From NCBI GenBank assembly GCA_013115125.1, contig JABANN010000290.1:1-42184 (forward strand): a stretch of 42,184 nt of DNA, read 5' to 3'. Shown one piece after another: positions 36,001 through 42,184 of this stretch. Position numbers and translations under genes: made by a program. Origin of the DNA: Perkinsus olseni (Eukaryota). Under the pieces are notes generated by a model. That model was not told the origin of the DNA. It was given only the letters and a program-made list of their open reading frames with translations, and did no database searches. The first letter of the stretch is position 1. Each line of letters starts with the position of its first letter.

Positions 36001-38583
36001 GGCACGGCACACGAGGGGCAAGACACGTACCCGTCTCTTCATTCTTCTTGGCGACTTCCATACGAACAGTACAGCCCGTGGTTATCAACTTACGACAACG
36101 CCCGAGCTCAGCCAGGCCATCGGTGATCGCATTCGGATGGATATCTGGAGAACTTCTGATACTCCCGTACAGCGAAGCGACCGAGAGAGCCGATCAAGCG
36201 CGCAAGATAGAAACTAGACTTGGTTACCTAGCTCGTTGAAGACCTGCTGAAACATCTCCAGGACTGCATCAAAGTGATAGTCGGTGATGTTCATGTGGTA
36301 GTGCACCGGCTGGATATTCTCTTCGTCATACCTTGAAGAAAGAGGAGCTCTGGGAGCTCTGGGTGGCCGAACTGGCGATGGGTCGTCGTGAGAGCTCCCT
36401 ACGACGTTGTACACACAGGACGTTATAGTGCTCGTAGCATTCCCCACAGGAGAGAACGTCTAATTACTGAGAATGGAATTATTTCGGTCGCTTAGTACGC
36501 CAGGTGACGGAGAGCCGCGGGTCTGGGCCAGACCGTCTGGCAAACCCCAGCAGAACCTCCAACAACCACGAGGGCCCGTCCAAGAGCTGATCTCGCGACT
36601 CACGTTTTCGGACCGCCAAAGAGTCCGGTAACGAAGCTGCACATCTTCGCCTTAATGGAGTCCATCTTCTTCTGATTCTTCTCGAAGTGGGCTCGTGTGC
36701 GAGGGTCTCTCACTGCCTTCTCGTATACCTGCCAATCCCCTCTCCGACCTAGCGATCTCGAAATCGGCAGTGGGAGTGATAGAAATATTATGCTCAGATA
36801 TCAACTAGCACTGCTCAGTAATGACGTCCAAGCCAGCTTCGACAGGCGATCAATGTACAGTAGAAGCTAGATCGTTCTCAAGGTCCGTAGATGGCTCACT
36901 ATAAGATACTCAACACGCGTAAGAATAAATCCGACCAAGCGCGCATCAAGGCAAACTCACCAGCTCTATCGCTGTCTCCAAGTTGAGATCTCCGCCAAGC
37001 CGCTCAAACCTGAGCAACAGAAAAGCTTTATAACATTCATTATGCAGCTCATTGAGCATATAATGCCCTGTGGCCGCTGATGGCGCCTAATGACGCTCAC
37101 TCCGAGCTACCGAGGGCAGTAGTAGCTCCCCTAGGTCATAATTACGTCAAGACGGGATCCTCAAACATCCTCAAAGCTCTACGAAGCGCGAAGTCGCCGA
37201 GGACGAGAGCCTTCACAATCTACTCACAGAGACTGCTTCGGATCATCCACCTTCTCCCTCCCACGAAGGCCGTCTGCTCCATCACCCTCGCCAGCCTGCT
37301 GAGTCTTGGCCGCCACCTCGTCTATCTGATGTCACCGAAGATATCTCTATCGATACTAAGCGCACGGTGCTTCATACCAAGTATCGGAATTTGTTGATGT
37401 TAATTTTCGCTTTGACCATCTGGTCCACCAACCTCTCCTTGGGTACATCTGTTGTCCCTGAAAGTTCACATTCTACGTGTCCTCCTGCTTTGGTTACTGC
37501 TACAAGTTAATGCGTGCCGGCCGCACGGTACGAACTGGTATGAAACCCCTTGGGAAGAGATTCCAACAACTTTCAGATCGTCATTCCGGCTGCACGAGGC
37601 AAACAATGAGATCAATACATACTCCTATATACCCACCAACATGGGGCCACCCAAAGAAAGCAGTCTAACGATATGCATAGTACTCACACTAGCAACAATC
37701 TTATAATAATATCATCATCATAAGATTTATCATTGGAACATAGGGTGGGCCTCTTGGTAGGTATATAGGGGGATGTATTGATCCCATAGTTTGCCTTGTG
37801 CAGCCGCAATGACGATCTGAGAGTTGTTCGGATTCCTTCCCGAGGCTTCCATACCGGTTGATGATACCGTGAGTCCGACACAAGAATAGCGAAATTAAAA
37901 ATATTTCCTAACGATACATCTTCGAATCGATACTTCGATTATCCTGGAGAATAATAATCGACCTTCTGATGTATCATTACCGCATCGAGCTCAAAGATCA
38001 GGAATTGTATTATTGCTGAGAACATCTCTCAAGATTTCACTAGAAAATGGAATATTGAAATAAATTGATATTTGATAGGCTTAATAATGGCCCAATGGGA
38101 CCCCGAGTGTGTGTGAGTTTGTACTCCAACGCTGGCGATTCCAGCTTAGTTAGACTCTTGCCGATGTGCTCAGTTGGAGAGTCTCCAATGGAGACTCTCT
38201 GTAGCGTTGACATTCAATGCAATCAGGCAGATTATCGAGACGACCCGAGTGTGCAGCTTACCCTTTCCCTTAGAGTTCGGCATCGCAGTCTCGACAGCCT
38301 GCCGCAGATAGTTCATTTGAACGCTGACAAAGAAGGCGGCTCCCCTGCAATGCTCTCCGATCTCGAGGATACATACACTAGCTTTGCCACACGGTCCTTG
38401 ATGAAGACCATATCGCTATGCGCTTTCGATATACCTGAACAGCAGCACCAATACCAATATCAGGCGATGGGCCCTGGGAGAGATGGTACTGTCATTCAGC
38501 TTGTTTGCCTGATCGGACTTGGAGAGGAGAGTTTCATAGGGTGCTGGTCGGCTCTCCGCAGCTGTTCTCTCGACAGCAGACAT
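30056..38583 (-). CDS. Multidomain group I truncated hemoglobin: N-terminal coiled coil plus 8 tandem 2/2 globin domains, (A-B)x4
   Basis: Phase-consistent GT-AG splicing from ATG 38583 (MSAVERT) to TGA 30056-30058. Eight repeats of L(F/Y)ERxGG...(Y/F)...DxR...FF...GG...Y...H(F8)...ITDxHFD. The globin exons are well supported; the 5'-most exons are less certain. Confidence 0.88.
31273..31346 (+). tRNA. tRNA-Arg(ACG), antisense within globin intron 31257-31364
   Basis: Full cloverleaf: GCCCGAT/ATCGGGT acceptor stem, TCTGC-CTACGGA-GCAGA anticodon arm, GGTTCGAATCC T-loop. Confidence 0.96.
32780..32853 (+). tRNA. tRNA-Arg(ACG), antisense within globin intron 32575-32905
   Basis: Same as 31273-31346 except one C>T change giving a U-G acceptor pair; followed by TTTT. 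Confidence 0.95.
35540..35612 (+). tRNA. tRNA-Lys(CTT), antisense within globin intron 35413-35689
   Basis: GCCCGTCTAGCTCAGTCGGTAGAGCGCAAGGCTCTTAACCTTGTGGTCGTGGGTTCGAGCCCCACGGTGGGTG, a canonical eukaryotic Lys-CTT cloverleaf. Confidence 0.96.
37524..37871. repeat. Foldback/MITE-like inverted repeat, ~130-bp arms, ~90-bp spacer
   Basis: 37524-37652 matches the reverse complement of 37743-37871 (e.g. aacaactYtcagatcgtcattScggctgcacRaggcaaac), roughly 80% by eye. Lies in the modelled globin intron 37458-38261. Confidence 0.85.
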
Positions 38584-38931
38584 GTCGAGAGAAACAAACA
38601 ACTGCCATTCGGGAGTCCAATCGCCTACAATCGGAAGTGTGACCTGCTAGAAATTCGAAGATGGTGACTTCGAGGTGTAATGACAATGCAATTAGAGTAT
38701 AGCTGATCCAATGTCTTGGTAAGATGGGCTGGAAGACGTAGCCCAAGAGAAGGCGCTTCCCGTCCATCACGCTCAGCTGAGCTGCACCCGGCTTGGGGTG
38801 TGTGAGAAAAGACGCTAAGCGGGCCTCCGCGAGCTTCAACATCAAATGGCAGTGTACGTGACGTCTCACGATGCGTCCAAGTAGCCAGTTGACCCTCCAT
38901 CGCATTGAGGAGTAACTCATAATCACATCTC

Positions 38932-39003
38932 GGTTCTATGGTGTAACGGTTAGCACTCCAGACTCTGAATCTGGCGATCTGGGTTCAAATCCCGGTAGAA
39001 CCT
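38932..39003 (+). tRNA. tRNA-Gln(CTG)
   Basis: GGTTCTA/TAGAACC acceptor stem, CCAGA-CTCTGAA-TCTGG anticodon arm, GGTTCAAATCC T-loop, TTTT terminator. Confidence 0.96.
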
Positions 39004-39297
39004 TTTTGACCACTACCCCTCCATCTCGAAAACCAAAGTGCGGTTGCAATTTCGGGTCTCGCGCATGGGTCATGCTCATGTGCTGCACTGCTGTTTATAC
39101 CGAGTACACTAAGTGATACTCATAGAGGCGCAGCGAGACGCTAGGATTAGGAACCTAGTTGGCCATCTATCCATGCAACCCCGAGCCTCACCCGAGTACT
39201 ACCTACACTCCCCCTTCCCCACCATTACAAAACTCCACTCCACACAGTTTAATAAGAAACGCTTATGAAACTCGCAGAAACCCAAGCTCATCCTCCC

Positions 39298-42043
39298 TCA
39301 CGCGAGCATTGTCATGTTCCCTCCCTGTGCATTGTCCAAGAGTGCTCGCATGGAGCTCTCATTGAGGCCCTCCAGCATCCCACGGCACCTCCGACTGTTC
39401 AGCGCAATCACATCCCAACCGCGCTCCTGCCACTTGACCGTGCAGCCGAGCAGGGCGTGAAGATCCTACCTTCATGTGCCGCACCTGAATCGCTGCCGAG
39501 CCTATAGGTTCGTCAGAGTTTCGCGCAAACTCGGAGAGTATCTGAAGGCCACAAAACCCTCAAGCGAGCCCGTTAGCGGCGTGCCGGCGACGAGCACAGC
39601 CACGCGTGGTTCATTCTTTATACCACTCTCTCAGCAAATCACCAGGCATAAAGCGGGTGCGTGTTTCGCTCTCAAACTACGTGCTTTACGATGCACCACA
39701 CTGTACTGTCCAGTTCAGTAGAGTTGATACAAGATTCCCAATAAGATTCTTTGAAGCACGTCTCTTCGCCCCAAACCTCCCTCTCCTTTACTACAGCAAT
39801 GCACCGCTTCTGCACACCGTCCGTCAACACGATGTCCACAACGTAGGGAGTGTCCTCGATGTGAACACAGGTTTCGTGGGGTACCTGAAGACCACCGACA
39901 GGAGCAAAAACATGGCAACTTTCAGGTCCGAGAACCAGGCGAGGCCGATGGGAAGTTCAGATCCAAGACTGAGCCGTCGCTGAGCTTAGAGGCCTATTGC
40001 GATTATAGCGGAGTCTCTGTAGCTTCAAATTGGGCCAACGTGATTAAAGTAGAGTGGACGTTTCTGTGATGGTCCGATCGAGGAATCCTATTTCACGCGG
40101 GGTTCTAGCGCTCAGCACTTTGACTCCGGGAGTCCCATTTCAATGAGGAGAAGCTGTGTTCCCGGCTGACTCAGAATGTTACCATGTGATAGTGAGAAGC
40201 CGGTACAACAGCCCGCAGCGGCGGCTACTGCTAGTACTACCTCATATGCCATGAGGACCTTCGAAAGTTCCTGGCAGAGGAATGGAAACGGAACCGAGTA
40301 GCCCTCCCTGAGACGAGAAACTACTCAATGCCACGTTCTGGTCCACAATACAGCATCGCTTCCCGTTGAGGAATGGCAAGAGACCAAGATACGGACTACA
40401 CCACTATCGAGAACTCCTCTCAACGATAGCTTTTGTTCTCCGAAAAGCAATACCCCTGCCTGAGGATGATACCACCTAGACTTGATCCATTCTCGTATAC
40501 AATCAGCAGCGAAGGGCTTCGGTATGACATGCTCGACGTAAGGGAAGTCCATCGCCTGGCAGATCCACATCCATCCAACTCTGAGCTTCTCAGACTCCCA
40601 TGCAGTACCTGCCAAGCCACCTCACTTGCGTAATATATATATAGATCAAGTTTAGATAAAAGTGCTATCGGGAGAGAGCCGACCGGCGGATCTCCTGTCA
40701 CAAAATGGCACCAGCAAATAACACTGCTAGCGCACCGGGAGGGCTGCGTAGCCTAGAAAACCGTTACTCACATCGTACTAGTTCATCTGTAGCGAAATAC
40801 AGCACTATATAGTCTTTACCGAGAAAAATGGAACAGTGAAAAGGGAGACTACTATGCCACAGGCGAGATGATGTACATCAAAATACGTTACTATACAGTG
40901 CATTACTTCACTAGCATCACCAGAGTCCAGCCAAGACCACCGCCCATGCCCCGCGAAGTAACTTACCGCTGCACAGTTTCCGTAGGAGCAGTGTCATGTC
41001 GTACTCGTGTCGAGACTGCAGCTCTGGCATCATACATAGAGCCCATAGGACTTTAACTGAGGTGACACCACGGGCAACTCAAAGACGCCTATTACTCTTC
41101 CGCGAGTACGCGAGTATTTTTCTACTGATACCAAAGCTTAGCATCTAGTGTTTAGTTCATCTTAGTTCGAATTCCACCAACGCTCTGATCTACGTAGGTG
41201 GTGAGTTCAAAGGCGAAAGTGCTGTGATTTACTGATGCGAGAACCTGCCCTGAGGCCTCCCCGTGGTGTTCCTGGGAACTCGCTCTCCCAGAGGAGAATT
41301 TTTTTGATATCCCAGAAACGACTGCGATGCACTTCCACGATAGAAGAACAGAATGTGTTACGGTGGCCTGCAGCTGAACAGTCCCCTCCTTTACTAGCTG
41401 TCTCCTCTTGTACGTAGTCCACATGCTGTACCATATACTCCACTATTGGGGAGTACTGGGTCATGGCCTGAGGGAAAGACCTGCCGTTCTCCAGTTGTTC
41501 AGGGTTCAACGACCCGCTCAATTTGTCCTCTAAGCTCGAGCTTCAAAAACGACGAAGAGCCACGGTCATAATACCGCAGACTAGAACTCGATTGCTGCTG
41601 CAGTGAAGAGGGCGATGAATCAACGAGATCGAGGCAACGCTTCAGGGGCAGCAGCAGGGTATAGCTAATACCCTGATACGTGGTATAGTTCACGGTTAAG
41701 ACTGCCGAATCTGTTGTGTAGTAATATTTCGTGAGAGACAGTTCGGGTAATCATAGCATACGCAGTAGAGTCACTCGTGTAGCATATCTTCTATCTTCAC
41801 CCGAACTACCCGACCCGCCCCCCACGCGCCATGGTCTACAATCAGAGACCACCCCGCCTTACATCTCCAACTCCGAAATTAGCGCATGCTTGGAGAAGAT
41901 CACCAAAGCTCGTTAGACCAATCTGATAGTCATTCATGATGACAGCGCGGCGGGACAGCACTGCTCACCACGTGGCCCATGGGCTCGCCCCAGGTGAGGC
42001 CCTCCTCAGCGACGGGGACACACGACTGCAGGACCTTGGTCAT
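39298..42043 (-). CDS. Multi-exon protein, possibly TLDc-domain (Rtc5-like)
   Basis: ATG 42043 MTKVLQSC...GHV/IGLTSFGDLLQACANFGVGD/KICYTS... with canonical splice sites. The later fragment WQVLHGSLR...WTSLTSSMSYRSPSLLIVYEN and the C-terminal KWQER...SRR...MRALLDNAQGG resemble TLDc/Rtc5 motifs. Middle exons are not fully resolved. Confidence 0.45.
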
Positions 42044-42112
42044 TGCCCTAGGATGTGCTAGTTGATGATTATCGAGTGCAGTAACGATGGCTGAAGAAGG
42101 TCACGAATATCT

Positions 42113-42184
42113 GGTTCTATGGTGTAACGGTTAGCACTCCAGACTCTGAATCTGGCGATCTGGGTTCAAATCCCGGTAGAACCT
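42113..42184 (+). tRNA. tRNA-Gln(CTG), identical to 38932-39003
   Basis: Exact 72-nt copy; the window ends at its last base. Confidence 0.95.

Noticed and set aside
37452-37883. Pair of similar small ORFs on opposite strands, one with a signal-like start
   Set aside because: Explained by the inverted repeat inside an intron.
38065-38667. 200-aa plus-strand ORF
   Set aside because: Non-ATG start, no domain, and it lies antisense to the phase-consistent 5' exons of the globin gene.

Overview
Intron-dense eukaryotic genomic DNA with many 40-70 nt GT-AG introns and a 10-N assembly gap at 17863-17872. Gene style and families suggest an alveolate such as Perkinsus (inference). Most ORF-track entries are exon fragments or antisense shadows, so gene models were spliced by eye. 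Left to right: the 3' end of an unknown gene, an intronless secreted pepsin-like protease, a WD40 gene, a 24-bp tandem repeat, a pair of paralogous genes, a SAM methyltransferase with an apparent in-frame stop, a degenerate duplication carrying a PAN/apple-like exon, an intronless secreted two-repeat protein, Hsp70-interacting protein (HIP/ST13), an atypical eIF4E, a large globin gene and a possible TLDc gene. The highlight is the ~8.5 kb minus-strand gene at 30056-38583. It splices into an N-terminal heptad coiled coil followed by eight group-I truncated (2/2) hemoglobin domains arranged as (A-B)x4, each retaining the proximal His but with different distal residues. Three intact tRNA genes (two Arg-ACG, one Lys-CTT) lie antisense inside its introns, and two identical tRNA-Gln(CTG) genes sit head-to-head with this gene and the next one.
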